From assembly GCA_040954595.2 (NCBI GenBank), contig CM082579.2, positions 3,216,345 through 3,280,344 on the forward strand: a stretch of 64,000 nt of DNA, in the 5' to 3' direction. The position numbers and the translations under genes are program-made. The stretch's first letter is position 1. Each line of letters starts with the position of its first letter. The DNA comes from Balanoglossus misakiensis (taxonomy: Eukaryota > Animalia > Hemichordata). This document shows positions 37,570 to 51,600 of the stretch, one piece after another. The notes beneath the pieces are model-generated. The model had not been told where the DNA came from. It saw nothing but the letters and a program-made list of their open reading frames with translations, and made no database searches.

Positions 37570-40500
37570 TTAAAGGGCGTGATAGGGCCATTATAACCCA
37601 GGCAGTGAACTAGCTTGCTGCCAAGTGGGTGGTTCAACTGAAGGTTATCTTGCCAGCTGTGTGTTACGTGGTTCTATTAGTAACTCTTCCTGGAAGACTT
37701 TAAGATTGCCTTTGTTATGATTTTAACAGTGCCCCTTGCAGACAAACTAGGAAAAAAAATCATAATAAACTGTGTACACTGTGAGCTGATTGTTAAGCAA
37801 ACTTGATTAGAAGAGCTGCATGTGTTTGTGAACTGATTTGAAAAGTTTAAATAGTGTTCATTATTGACTCAAACCACGGAAACTTCCTACTGTCTGTGGT
37901 CAAACCTCTGACAATTGCACATTGAAGCCATACAAAAAGAGAAAAAAAACTTGCTGAAATTGGAGAAGTATATTAAAGTATAACAAAAGTATTCTGTGAC
38001 ACTGTTAGTGACAAGTACATCATCAACTATCCAGCCAAAAATGGACTATTTGACATGGCTGAGTAAACCAGACAGATTTACTTGAAGCTAGATATCTTTT
38101 GTGTCTTCAGCAGTTTGTTAGAGACAGCTGCACTCACATGAACCGATTGCGGGGGATACTTCAACAGATAAGAAGAGAATCAGATCGATTAGATTCTGTA
38201 ATCATGAATTCCTCTCCAAAGTAGTCCTATCTTTTGTACAATTGATGCAGGCAGGATAAACTGAGTAACCTTATCTGAAATAAAAACATGGCAGCCAACA
38301 CATTGGTCATGTGTGTATGTGTATACTGTCAGTACTATTGACCATGACTGCTTGTTTGTGTTACAACGGGGGTAGACCATTTAAGCAATTTGTATAAAAA
38401 CAAGTAAATGACATTGAAATAACAAATATAGGTGATTTAGTGCAGATGAATGTGCAGATACAATTTTTCTCATGCCCCTCAAGTACACCACGCAGAATCA
38501 CCCCTCTCACATGGATTCTGTTGCCATGGGTTACTAGGGCTGTGTGGAAATATAACTGCCTGGGAATTTCACGTTTGGCTTGAAGGGAGGTTTTATGACC
38601 TTGGTGGATTTGTTGTGGACAGAATGTACGGTTATTTGAATGTGGGCCAGAGGTCAAGTCCATGTCCTTCTCATGTTCAAATTCATGTCATCTTGTATAT
38701 ATACATCAGTACTACTTTCATCTTATCAACTGTTATTTATCATCTGTGTGTGTCTCTCTCTTTGTCTGTGTCTGTGAACAGATAGTCATGCTGAAACCAA
38801 TGTGTATGTTTTGATCAAACACCTGACACAGTCCCATTTCCAGATATGCAGACTATAACAGTTCGTAATGTAGAAAGCTAATTCACCATAAAATTCAAAT
38901 TTCATGCATGCATGGCAGTGTCCTGCAGACTGAGAAAGGAAAAGAACGGAGTAGAACGGAACGGAACAACCAGAACAGGAAGATGATTAACCTATTGACC
39001 CTGGCCGGAATTCTGCAGGCCCAGTAGCACTGTAGACATAGGAAATGGTTACTGTTTGTATATATGTGTTCAGGGTTTAGACAGGACCCTTGATGACTTC
39101 TGGTGGCATGGCTGTAATGGTGATGTTACGCAGGAAGTATCTCATTGATATTGTGATGGGGCATAGACTTCCTGTGCGTGGTTATTGTTACTACAGCCTT
39201 TTGTGCTGTGAACAATAATTAACGCTCAATAGTGAAAAATTGCATTCAGGATTTTAGTTTCCATAACTTTGCCAATCTGCAAGTACATAACATGTATTGT
39301 CCGAACACATGCAGTTATACAACTTAAATTCCTGGTGGGTCATTCCTGAATTTAGAGTTATTTAATCCTTTCACAACCCCCTTCATGCATTTTCCTCTGT
39401 AGAGGTCCGAATTTCTTATTCCGACAGTAAATTTTGTATCCAGTATTCATCAGAACCCAATCGCGAGGTTCATTCCCTTTCCCCAAACCTTTGATGGTAA
39501 GAAAAAATTGCGAGATAAGGTCGAGTTACTGTGTCAAGTTCAAGGCAGCATTGCTGTGATTTCACATTTTATAAAGCAACCATACATAGCAATGTTGTAG
39601 CCTGGTTGGAAGGCCAACTCACGCCAGCAATTAATGACACTTTTATCAAGATCATAGCATTCCAATCCTCACATCTGTGTTTGCTTGTTACAAGTTCTTC
39701 CAGGCTGTAACAATAAATTTAGGCGATCTGAGCGTGAAACATATTGGTCCATACATCATTTTGTTGGCACTTTGGCACACACAATATTAAATTAGGAGAG
39801 GGCGGCTTGATAATTGCTTTATGGCTTTGGAGGAGGTCCTACCCTGCAGGTAGCACAGTTAGAGAAGGCTGTCTGGGCTTTGACACTTGCTATTCCACTT
39901 CACCTGTCAAGGGATTGTGTTGTGTTTCTCGCCACTGCAAATCTGTGAAATTAAAGCTATTGGAAGAGAAAAGACCACTGATATTTTATGTAGGCATGAC
40001 AGTCTGAGGTGAAAGGTGTTGTGTATGGTATGAATACTTCCTAGAGTCTCCATGGAGTCGAGAACGGTGCCTGTAGAAATCACTTGGCTGACAGGCTTCA
40101 GTGGCTAACTAGCGCAGGTCATGAGATCGCCAGTAAAAAAAAAATTTCAATCATATCAGTGTTAACTTGACTTCTGTATAGTGTTTTGCCAGTTGGTTGC
40201 ACAGTCCAGAATAGAAAAAAAATGTATGAAGTGAAGTGAACCAACTCCCAGAAGAGCAAAAACAAGCGTGGTATTTCACAAGATTATCCAACTCGCTGCT
40301 GGCCTGAAAACCTTGTTTTGTAAACATTGCAATGTGGTACTGTAGTGTCAGAGTCTGCCCTGGTACGTGTGTATGTGTACGCACAAGACGCTTCCTTGGC
40401 GGTCTTCATCTCTGTGCACTTTTCATTTTTCTTTCCCTCACAAAGTGGACACACAACAGGCTGAGTGTACCGGCATGCCCTTTTGACCCCTGCCACAAAA

Positions 40501-43500
40501 AGACCCCTCCTCGAACTAACGCTGCCCAATCTGATGAATTGTAGATCAATGTCATTGCTTTCAACGAACGCTTAGACCGGATGATTACTGCAAGAATGTC
40601 CCCTCTTGATTTATATTCAACAGTCAAGGTCTTTTTACTCGGCCAGCAAATTGAAGCCAGCTCTTTATTCTGCGGGAAAATTGGCGGCATTCAACCTAGT
40701 AGATCCTCTGCTCTCCTGTAATTGAAGTGTACTCTTCCTGTGTCTAAGGCCAGCGTCCCCAGTCTCTCAGTTTGCCGAGAGATTGATTTTAGATTAATTG
40801 CAAGTGACACAGAAGATGGTACAGGAAAAAACAAATAGTAACCTTTGGCTCGTTCTGCTTTCGGAAAGTGAATTAATTCACAAAAGAGGAAAGTTCAGAA
40901 ATTTTGCCTGCGTCGCGTTGAAGCCGTTAGTTCACAGACCCCGTTTGATCGCTTTCCTTGGAATAACCGGCTCTGGAACCTGTAATTTCCTGACAGAAAT
41001 CTGGTGGAAGTGGGTGGGCACTGAAATACTGGGTGTCGTAATTTATTTGGGACTGAGAGAACCCAAAAGTTGTGGAGTTCCCAACACGGTCTGAGAGTGC
41101 ACTGAGTACTGGTAGTGATGATGTTCCCAATGTGGTGCACGTTGATTCATTACAGCTCTCAACTGGGAGTATTAATTGAATATGCAATGTCAACATTTTA
41201 AATCTCAGCTGCAATTATAGTTGACCCAGTTTTCTTGTGTTTCTGATCAACGAGACACTCTGTATACAAATCTCAAAGTGGCCCAGCCATTGCCATCGTG
41301 GACGTATCTGATTGATGTGTGTGCGTATGAAAAGCAGGTTGGATCGACCTAGCTCTCCTCCCCTGCACAACAGTGGGCCTCCTGGCGAGTCTGGGAGAGA
41401 TTCACCCCCGCATGCTGGACTGGGGAATTCTGGGATAGCCGAAGAGTCAGCGCTCTCTCAATTCAGTGGATACGTCAAACCATTTCTGGGGCGATTGTTT
41501 ATATGAATCGGCGTGAGTGAAAACAGTGTCTTAAATTGCAGCTTATCCGGGCCTCAGTACAAGCGTATCGCTGCTTCTGTCTTGTGCTTAGGTTAGAACT
41601 TGATCTTCTTGTTTGCAAGGTGTCTGGGACAACTTTGTAATGCTATCGTTTAAATCTTCGTGGAAAAGAATTTCTCTCTATTTGAGAATGGATACGAAGA
41701 TCTGTGCAGTTGGAATGAGACAGTAATGCAGCAGTTGAAAAAGAGAGAAAATAGTCCAAATTGAATTCGGCCAAACTGTCTAATGTGTAGGGCCCCTGTT
41801 GTTAGAGATCTTTTACCTCCTGGACTTGAAGTTTATGGTAGCAAGTGTGTCCTGCCATGGAAATACTAGCATTATGGCCAGGGAGTATTTGTAAACTATT
41901 GGCTCAAATTCTCTGCTGTGCCCACAAGGGCTTTATCTGGATACTGTGCAAATCAGCACACAGCCTTGCAGCTTTTTCCCAGTCGTTTGTAGATCATGAG
42001 AGAAAAGTAGCGTTGCATATGAATCATTGAAGATCAGGCAGCTGCTCTTTGATACAGGGAAAGTTGTTTTATAGTGTGATTAACTGAAAGTCCAGCTTTT
42101 CCTGGATTGCACATTCTCTTGGGCAAATTCTCAGGAATTCAAAATCACAGTAACAGGAATTGTCCTTAGTGGCACATTCATGGCAATTAAAAGTTTATGG
42201 AGTTTTTCGGCAAGTTTACAGGACATCAACCTTGGGTTAGAATTCTTAAAGGGGCAATTTTCAATTCCTGGATCCTTGATGACATTGAAGGTTTTAATGT
42301 GGTGCAGAGCCTCTGTTTTCCATTGAAATCATCAAGTTCATCCATTTGGTTTTAGATTCAGCTGATATAGAAGTTGTGGAGGCAAGCCAGAAAATCTGGA
42401 AAAATCTGCAATAAAAGCTATGCCAATTTTAGCTTTGAAATTCTATATATGGCTCTTGTTTCTCTGTTGTGGATGAATGTAATCTGTTACTCTGAGAGAA
42501 ACACTTAGTACTTGATAACTACAATTAAATTGTCGTTTAGTGATTTCTAACAAGATATTAGCTCTGGCATCGTGTCCTAGATTTGTGTGACGCTTTTGGT
42601 GTGAAATTTTATGGGGAGTTGCGGACATGGCTGGGTGGGCAAGCACACAAAAACTGTTTTCATGCAAAGCTGACGACCGTCCGCAGTTTGTTGGTGTTTT
42701 AGGAACATAAAAGTAAACACCAACGGACAAGAGAAACAGTAGTAGCATGGGAAAGCGTACTTTTATCAAAACTTCGCTCCGACTTTCAGCTCGTCAAGTC
42801 GCTGATTTATGGGTATACTTGGTAATGATAAGATGGTGTACCTTGATCGGCAACACCGCGGCCACCAAGTGTTGTGTAAACGACCAAACTCTAAAAAGAC
42901 GTTCAAAGTGACATATTCACAACTCTGGAGTTGAGCTATCATCAGCTGGAAATTTTCAGTATACCCAAACGTATAATTTAAATATGATGGATGTCGCACA
43001 GATTACTAGTCGACTTAGGTGGTTTTAAGTTGTCTGTGACATGGGGCCAGGCGGAGTGTTTAGCAAGTGACCCTGATCGATAGACACACACCAGGACACA
43101 CACACACACACTCTGGAATACAAATGCAATCCATGTTAATTTGGATGTGTGGATTGGGTTGTTTGCTGCAGTGCAGTATGGGATACCAACCAGTGATGTA
43201 GTTAAATTTACATGTATATAGGTACAAATTGTGAGCTTAATACTAGTATTTGCTTTGAAGGTTTACCCGAATCCACATCGGTAAGGCAGCTTAGCCCTCT
43301 CCCGACCCCGAAAAAAGTTTAGCGTGAAATGTGACAGATGTGGATGTTAACGAAATTAATTAAGAAACGTGTGCGTAGATGGGATGGATTACTTTGACAA
43401 ATAAACTCCCCATACTACCCTGTGGAACCTCTGGAGTTTGTGTATGTACCAGCTGGAACGTGTACTCGCTAATGCTCTTAGGGAGCTCAGTTGCCTCGCC

Positions 43501-46500
43501 CTGACCCCGTGGTCAACAAGGTCCCGGAAAGGTTGACTGTTCCAAGGGTACTTGAATGATGAATTATTGTGCAGAAGACATTTCATTTACTATTCTGAAG
43601 TGCGTGATAGAAAACAGGGGATGTCTGCCTGGGTAGTCCCGCAACTTAGTCATCCGAGTTGTTATAATAGGTTGGCTCACTGAGTGAGTAGTCGAAGGTG
43701 TGGGCCGATGGTGATGGTCGGTGAAGTTCACAGCCTTGGTGTCTGATTAGTTGCGATAACATGATTTGAAACATATTCCTGAGATATTTCATGAACTCTA
43801 TATTTATGGTTTCTTGTAATGTTGACTGTCTGTTTATAGTGTGCCTTCTGTAAAGGAAGGAGGGTGGGAGAGAGGGATGGAGGGATAAGGAAAGAGAGAG
43901 AGAGACTTTGATTTGTCTGGAATTCTTAAATCATTTTCCGAGAACAGTACGGTTGAAGGTCAGCATACAACTAATTCATCTCAATTCAGTCTTCCTTTAC
44001 AAGAAAACGTAATGTAGAACAGATTTCCTCTGCACCATTGTAAATTAGAATTTGTTTATTTACTTTATAGAGCAAAAAATGCTTTTCCCAGCCAAATATG
44101 CTGGAGTACTGATTCAGTTGTCAACACTGATGACATCATGATTTCAAAGGTCAGACTTCAACTGGCTAGTCACATCAAACATGTACAACATCTCCAAGGC
44201 AGTGCAGGCTGAATATCCCCCATCACCAGTGGTAGAAACATGACCTTCTTCTGCTAGAGATAATCAAAACCGCATCTCCGAAGCCCCCACCCCCTCACAG
44301 TTTACTGATTATTGTCAACCATTGCCTGGTCATGCACGGTTGAAACGTTTTTCAGATGAAATCACTTGGTAACTTGTCAGGGGTTTTGGAAGCAAAGCGG
44401 ACAAAATACGGCTAGATACTAGACTACCTTCCAGGATGCAGGAAAAAGCACTGAAAAAAACCCTTCAATAAACCACATAAACTTACACATCCTGACAAGG
44501 ACTTCCCTGTAGAACTGACATTGGCATCCTGACAAAGATTTCCTTGTACAAAATGTTGATCTATTTATTGTTTTAGCCATCCCTACCCAGACTGCCCCTG
44601 CCTTGGGTTTTCATCCCATAACCATAAACGTAAACAAAATAGCAATCTGTTAGTTGTCAGAATAATCGCCTAAAATCAGAAGAGGTTGCACATGTTCCAA
44701 TTTTTCTCTGATAAAGATTGCCTTTCCAGAAATGTTCCTCAGTCTGGCCGCGGGCTGGTTTCTATTAAAACTCGATCCCCAATGACAAAATCTGGAGTTC
44801 TGAATATTTTTTAAAACCTTGGTGGAACTAATGACCTGCATATGGGAAATAGTCTGATCTTTTATCTTGTAACATTTTTGTGGCTGAATTCTTGTTTCCG
44901 TGTCGGCAGCCTGCAACCAAGATTCTCAGCTCCCGTTTCCAATACATGCTTTGGTTTGAAGTTAGGGGTGATGTATAACACAGTTTCTCCAGACAGATCC
45001 GTAGAGTGGGTAATGTGTGGGCTGTATGGACAGTTATTTATTGGAAGGCTTGAGATAGACAAAGAAATCAAACAACCTAAGCTGATAAGATAGATGTACT
45101 GAACAGAAACAGGATAAATCTATCGCCCAAGGCTGTAAAGATTCTTGCCAAGAACCAAAAATATGAAAATTTAGACGAGTTAAGGAAAGTGGCAAGCATG
45201 ACTGTTTATGGTCATAACTGACAACAGTCGAGATGATAGGACATCTCTGTTTTTGTCATAATGGTTGATGTCATATAAGTAAATGGCCTGGTGTCTAGGT
45301 GTACTTGGACATGGCATTTTGGGCCTTCAGAGTGTCATCGCCCTCGGAAGGTTATATCCGGTCAAAATATTGACCGTGCATGGGGATGTCATCACCCTCC
45401 TCCCGTAAAACGATGACCTTTGAATCATCACTCGAGTCAGTAACTGTCTGACTATTTTTGTTAATTCTTTAACAAGCTGTTCTCCGAGGTATCCATGGCG
45501 TTGTTGCAGTATGAGAAGATGTTGCATAACTGAATCACTTCTCAAGAGGTTAAACTAAGGGTAAATGATGTATTGCAGCCGCCAGGTTGCAGATTTAGAA
45601 ATAGCTCTTGCGTACGTAGCCTGCCATGGTAACAAACTATGCGGCTAATTTTAGTGCATGTTGACAGATGGAGAGATCTTAGCCTAAACTTTGTAAATTA
45701 TCAGAATATAACGCCACCCAGGCTGAGGATTTTCAGAGTTAAACCAACCGACCATATTTATTATAATCGTCATAAAGGATTCAAAGCGACATATGTCGAA
45801 ATAAGCACAATTTATTGCATTCTTCCTGTAAGTTGCAAAAGGAAATATTGATAGAAGTTATTGCAGTAGGAGATTGAAGTAGGCAATGACAGATTGCAGG
45901 TTGCTTTGAATGAAATTGCCGGTCTCTATTTGTTTGTGATCTATTTTAAGTCCAGTCTGAAGAGCATCCTATTTGTAGAGAGCTATGGCCAAACCCACCC
46001 AATTAGAAATAAAAAAACCCACCCATTTAGAAATCCAAACATAAAATGAGTGGTCAAGTTTCCAGACCTCACTGCCAACAATACTACTGTACTCACAGCT
46101 GAATAAATTCTATTTGTTCCCTTGTTGTTGCAGTGGAAAAACAAGAGACAAAATAGGTTTTAAGCTTGTTTTCCTGCCCTAAGTATTTGTAAATGTTTCC
46201 GTGGTCAATATTTGCAGTTGTCGTATGGAGCTCTGCCCGATTTCCCCAGAAATAAAGTTCACCCAGAAATGAACTTCGAAAGACCAGCCACTCAGATCAG
46301 AACCAGACAAAAAAGGGAAATGAAAGATGTTTTGTGATATCGTTTTTCCCCAAGACATCAACCTCTTCTCTGGTACAGTTTGTGTGCAACTGTCTTCAAG
46401 TACCTGAGTTTCATTCACTGGTGAATTTTATGAGGTAAAAAGCAAATATCTGACAGGAACAAGAAAGCCCTGTAGACACAACAAAACAACCATTAAACTC

Positions 46501-48049
46501 AGTGGTTCAAGAGTTCATCCGTTCACTAGCAAAGTACAGGCATTTTCGCTTCTTCACAATCAATGATCACCACCTCTTTCTTGAAGGTTGAATGCCTCTT
46601 GTGGTATTTACAGAATCTGTATAAGGGTTGAAAAGCAGGTGTTTTCACAATACAGTAATGATCAAGTCCACCATTTGATGAGTTCACAGGACAACTTCGA
46701 TAAAATAAAGATTTTCTTTGGCACACATCTTCTTTATTAGCTTATTGATTTCTAACATACATCACTGGACTTGTGAAAGACAGGATGACTTTATAACTAT
46801 CCCATCTCATCTACGGAAACTTGCGTAATTCAGTACATACGCCTGCTTGGCTGTTGAAGAAATTTGGCTCAAAGGACACATTACAAAACAGGTGTTAGTC
46901 GTAATCAGGTAGTGTAATTTCAGGGAACTAATGGGCTAATAGTGTGTACTTAAGAATCTTATCTATTTGTCAACAAAACAGAGTCCCATGTCAAATATAG
47001 AGTATTGATCGGTCCCAGAGTGACCCAACAGCGATTTGGTTTATGGTCGCTGCAGGTCACATATGTCCCAGTTGATACTTTCAGTTACAGCTACTTGAAT
47101 TCACGCACCCTGCACTGATTTGAGAGCCTGAAAATTAGTGTGCATTACATAATAACAATTTTAGTATATTACCACGCAACCCTGTCAGCCTTGAGTGGTT
47201 TCCAGGGTCTGCCCAAGTGAAAGTAAAGTCACTGATTTTCAATCTGCCAGTGAAGCCTTGTCTGGATAAGGCCTCCGCTGGAATGAGGCAGCAAAGTGGT
47301 AGAAACTCGAAACTCTTGTTGAAAAGAAACCAGATCGTCTGTAGCCCAGGAATATCCTCACTTGAGAGATTAGTGTTTATTTGAAAGGAAAAAAAGTCGG
47401 GGCGCAAAAAAACAGGCTGTGTCATGAATCTGGGTTGCGTGATTGTACTGTGGGAAAGGTGTCTGGCTGGGCTGTAGAAAAGACTTGTGTAATTGGATAT
47501 ATTGAATTAGGTGGGCTGTGTAGTGACAAGTAAGAAATATGCAACAATAAACACTGACCAGGTCGAAAAGAACCTGGTGAATAGTTTCAGATTTTTCTGA
47601 AAGGCTTCAGTATCTTGGCAAATCACTCCGTTGGAACCTCACATGATCCGCAGTATTTAACATTGTTTTCTCTGATCCGCGATGCCCCTATGTCAATTTC
47701 AAACTATTAGTTTTTTTGCGTTAAAAGGGTGTATTTCCTACCACATTATCAGTGACCTGTTGGAGAAGCATGTTGGTCAGCGTAAAACAAGACTCACACG
47801 CTACACATTGCGATATATACACACTAGTATCTAGTATCTAGCCTGCTGTTTCCTGGCGCTGCGAAAAAAGAGCAGACTAAGATACTGGGCTACATACTAC
47901 AAGAATGTTAGTTTTATCATCTTTTATCCAAATTCTTGCCACATGACAAATCAAATTAAACTCCCATGAGAAACTTAAATGGAGAACTGAGGATTTTTAT
48001 CTGGAGGAAATGGTTTCGCTCTGGTGTTCTTATCATTGTCGCTACATTT

Positions 48050-48690
48050 TGATATTCTTGAGACAGGAATTGTTCGCAAGGGATACTTTATAGGTGTTTG
48101 ACATGCCACACCTATGAACTTGATGAAGGTCAGGATACCACATCAAACATGTTGGGAAAAAAGTTGTCTGTGAGAAGGGTTTGGTTGGGTGTTGTGTCCG
48201 CAGGGTTCCTGTGGATAGTGTGAGAAAGGAACTGCTTGCAATGAATATCACGAAGGTACTGGGTATATTGTATATCAGTTTTATCAAATTTGATCAAAGT
48301 TCTCCATATGAAGTAAAACAGATAAAACATCTGTTTGAAAACTGGCATATCTGTATTTATCAAAAGTCGGAAACTACAGATCTTTGTCTCTGGAAAGGTT
48401 TGGTTTCAGTGTTTTGTCTGCGAGATTCCTCTTGATATTGTGGGAAAGGGGGAAACCATACAAGAACATATCTCTAGGGCATATAGGATGTCAGGTTTTA
48501 TCAAAATTAGATCGAGAGTTCTCCGTGCAAATCAGATAACGAAACATTTGTGAGAAATTGGCATCGCTGTATTTGTGAACAGGGTTTAGTTCAGTTTTCA
48601 GACGGCAGGGTTCCTTTGTGGGAAAGGAACTGGTAACTGGGAAATACATTGGTGTGGTTCTTAGAGATTAGTTCAAGTGAAATCAAATAT
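48050..48690. repeat. Degenerate tandem repeat, ~190-220 bp unit, ~3 copies
   Basis: Recurring blocks: g(g/a)g(a/-)ttcct at 48203/48422/48608, ttttatcaaa at ~48279/48496, gaaa..tggcat..ctgtattt at ~48337/48554, gaaagg after each ttcct block. Confidence 0.65.
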
Positions 48691-51600
48691 GGGGGGAAGA
48701 TGGCAAGATATTGCAGCGTTCTCACTTATTGGGAACACATTGGATATGAATTACAGCTCTTCTTCGACTGTCAAAGGCATACTGAAGAACAAGTTTTACA
48801 TAGTGATGATCAAAGTGAAACTTTTAATCGAATTCTAAGATGAACACCAGTTATCCATCCATGATAGTTTGTTGCTTTCAAGTACTTATATTACTATTCA
48901 GATACTGCAGTGTACATGTGTTTGGGCAACGTCACTTTCGCTAGATTAATAATTGCGCCTCCAAAAATAATACCTGTTCGCCCTGAATGATGGTCATTGT
49001 TGTGGATGTGAAATGTGAGCTTCTGACACAGGTGAAGCGAGAGCTCATGAGCATGCTTGAGTTCAAGTACTTGTACTGGTGTAAACACAGCCTAAACACT
49101 TGTTAATTGCAGGTGTGTCCCAGTTGAGCTGCTTCAGGTAGCTGACACTTGTATCATAAATCTCTGCATGAGTGTTTCAACGCACTGTTCAAATATCAGA
49201 GTTCATGCAGCATCTGGGTTGTGTGTGTAGGGTTATATAATTAGGCGGGGTGGGTTATTTACGAGTGTGAGTGTGCAGTACTGTGATGGTGGGATGGACT
49301 ATAATTGGCCGTACTGTGGTCACCTTTGAGGGTGCAATACTGTGAGTAGGAGGTTGTCATGCCACGGTTGTCAAGGAGGGTTCTTTCTTCAGTGGACATA
49401 TAGGAGGGGGGGGGGGGTGGTGGTGTTTTGAAGTTTTGATTTCTGTAAGCAAGGCAATGGGATGCTTTTCCTGAGATCATCGTACATTTAATGATGTACA
49501 GTATGTCCAGCTTTTTGTTACTCACCTGCATGTCCAACCATCCATCTATCCAGCCAGATACCACATCTCCTGTTATCCGCCACCCACTTTTCCCAATTCC
49601 CAATTATCAGTTGTGCCCATCATTTAAAAACACTTCTATGCCCATAACCCTTGTACATTTGTTGGAATCTCTCCATTTAATCAATGCTCTCCAAGAAGAA
49701 AATCACCCTCAAGCCGTTGGTATTTTCCAATTGAGTAAAATCTGATTTTATCATTGGTGTACCACCCAACATCACAAGGGCTGGCATTAAAGTGGAACAT
49801 CCGACATTTCCAAATAGAAACACTTGTGCAGTAGAGCACGTTAGCTTTAAAATGATTGTAAACTTTTGTAAACGGAATGCATAAAGTTATGTTTAAGAAC
49901 ATGTGAATCCAGTTCGACAGTCAAAATACATCAAGTATCATTCAAAGCCAAATTCCAGTGAGATTTCTTGAGTAACAATCCGCCCTAGAGATCAAGGTCA
50001 ATCAAAGCCCAGTATTTGTGTTTGTTACCATGGAAATTATGTAAACACCTGACTAGCTGAGTCACCATGTTTGTTTGAGCTTGAGCTTGATGCAAAGTTT
50101 ATAGCAGATCTGCAACATCTTCATTCTGGTTGCCGGATAACAATTGAAAATTGAGGAAATTTTTGTGTGTGCAGTGAAAAAGTGGAGCACCATTTTTTTT
50201 GAAGGATGATTATTGTGTTGGTGTTTCAACAAATACCAACAGAGGACAGCTTAACTGCAGTGTTGGATAACTTCACCTGCTACACCTATTACAAGTATTT
50301 ACCTTCAGTCAACATCAAGCAGAAACAAGACAAAAGAAAAGCTGACAGGATTTATTTCATTCTTAAAAAGAAGAAGTGACGGTATCCTGCAAAGACAGTT
50401 GTAACAACGATAAATTTGAATAGTGGTGAACTGTGTTAATGTATGGTGGGAGCGTACAGAGAGGTAAAGGGTTGGGGTAAACCCCTAGGGCAAGATTCCT
50501 AACATGTGGCATTATCCCAACAGAGAAAATATTTGGGGCACAAATTTAGGAACTCCTGGTATGAGAAGGTATGAAACAAATCCAGAACTTAATTGAATTT
50601 GGCTGTTTGCAAGTCAAATAAGTTTGTTAGTAATTATTTACACATTGTAGTTCATGTGAAGGTTTTGTTGAACCTCACAAAGGGGACAACGAGTTCACAG
50701 AACCAAAACAAACGGAAGTCAGTATTTTGTTATGTCCTGGAAGTAATACTATTCACAGTGAATTGTTTCAAGTTTGACAGTGGATACCGGCAAAGATTTG
50801 CATTTGGTGGGGGGAAAGTTGCTCTCCATTTTGGATATTTTTTGGATTAGAAAGGGGAGATGTGATAATGGCTTTGGAAGAATGCGATTTAGCGGTGTGT
50901 GTTTTAAATCCTCTTTGGGACTGTTAGAACAAGATTTGTGAAGTTTACCTTTTGCATCAGTCCGTTAATGGGGTGACTGTGTTCACCAAAGACTATACTG
51001 CTACCCAAAAAAAAGAACCCCACAAATCTAAAACAGTCTTCATCCGGGAACAAAAGAGGCCAAGCAAATAATCTGTTGGCCAAAAATAGCCCGCTATCTA
51101 CAGCCAAACTTTCTCTCCTGACAAAAGTGTCGGGCCTGAACTCCGGATAACAAGCCCGATGTATAGTTTGCTCAAATATCTAGTTCCAACTTGCCGCCAG
51201 CGTAATAATGACACAGCAAACAGATTGTTACATATCCATGCCACAGAAGAAGTTTTCCCCCCAACTTTCGATCACCCAACAATTGTTCAACCTACACCCT
51301 ACGTGTTTACCAAATCGCTGAATTCTATAGATAAGTGTGTTTGGCCGCCACTCTGGATTTTTGAGAGTCCATATCGAAATTTCACACATTGTTGTAAAAT
51401 TTATAGGTTGGTATCAACTATGCCAAGGCTGATTATCAGAACTATTTTAACTCAGTGTTTACCCGCTTTAAGGAGACTGATCATTGACTAGGCTGGCTGG
51501 GTGAAGTTATCCTCGTAAACTCGGTTGAAACAACACAGTGGTACAGAAATAAAGATTTTACAAATATGTACTGGTGTAGCAAAAAGTCTGTGTTGATCGC

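Noticed and set aside
16319-37573. piggyBac or PIF/Harbinger assignment for the two TTAA-flanked elements
   Set aside because: Termini are AG/GG rather than the CC of piggyBac, and a 3-bp TAA/TTA direct duplication does not fit both flanks.
41199-41220. miR-216-like sequence aaatctcagctgcaat
   Set aside because: Only a partial match, and the flanks do not form a convincing precursor hairpin.
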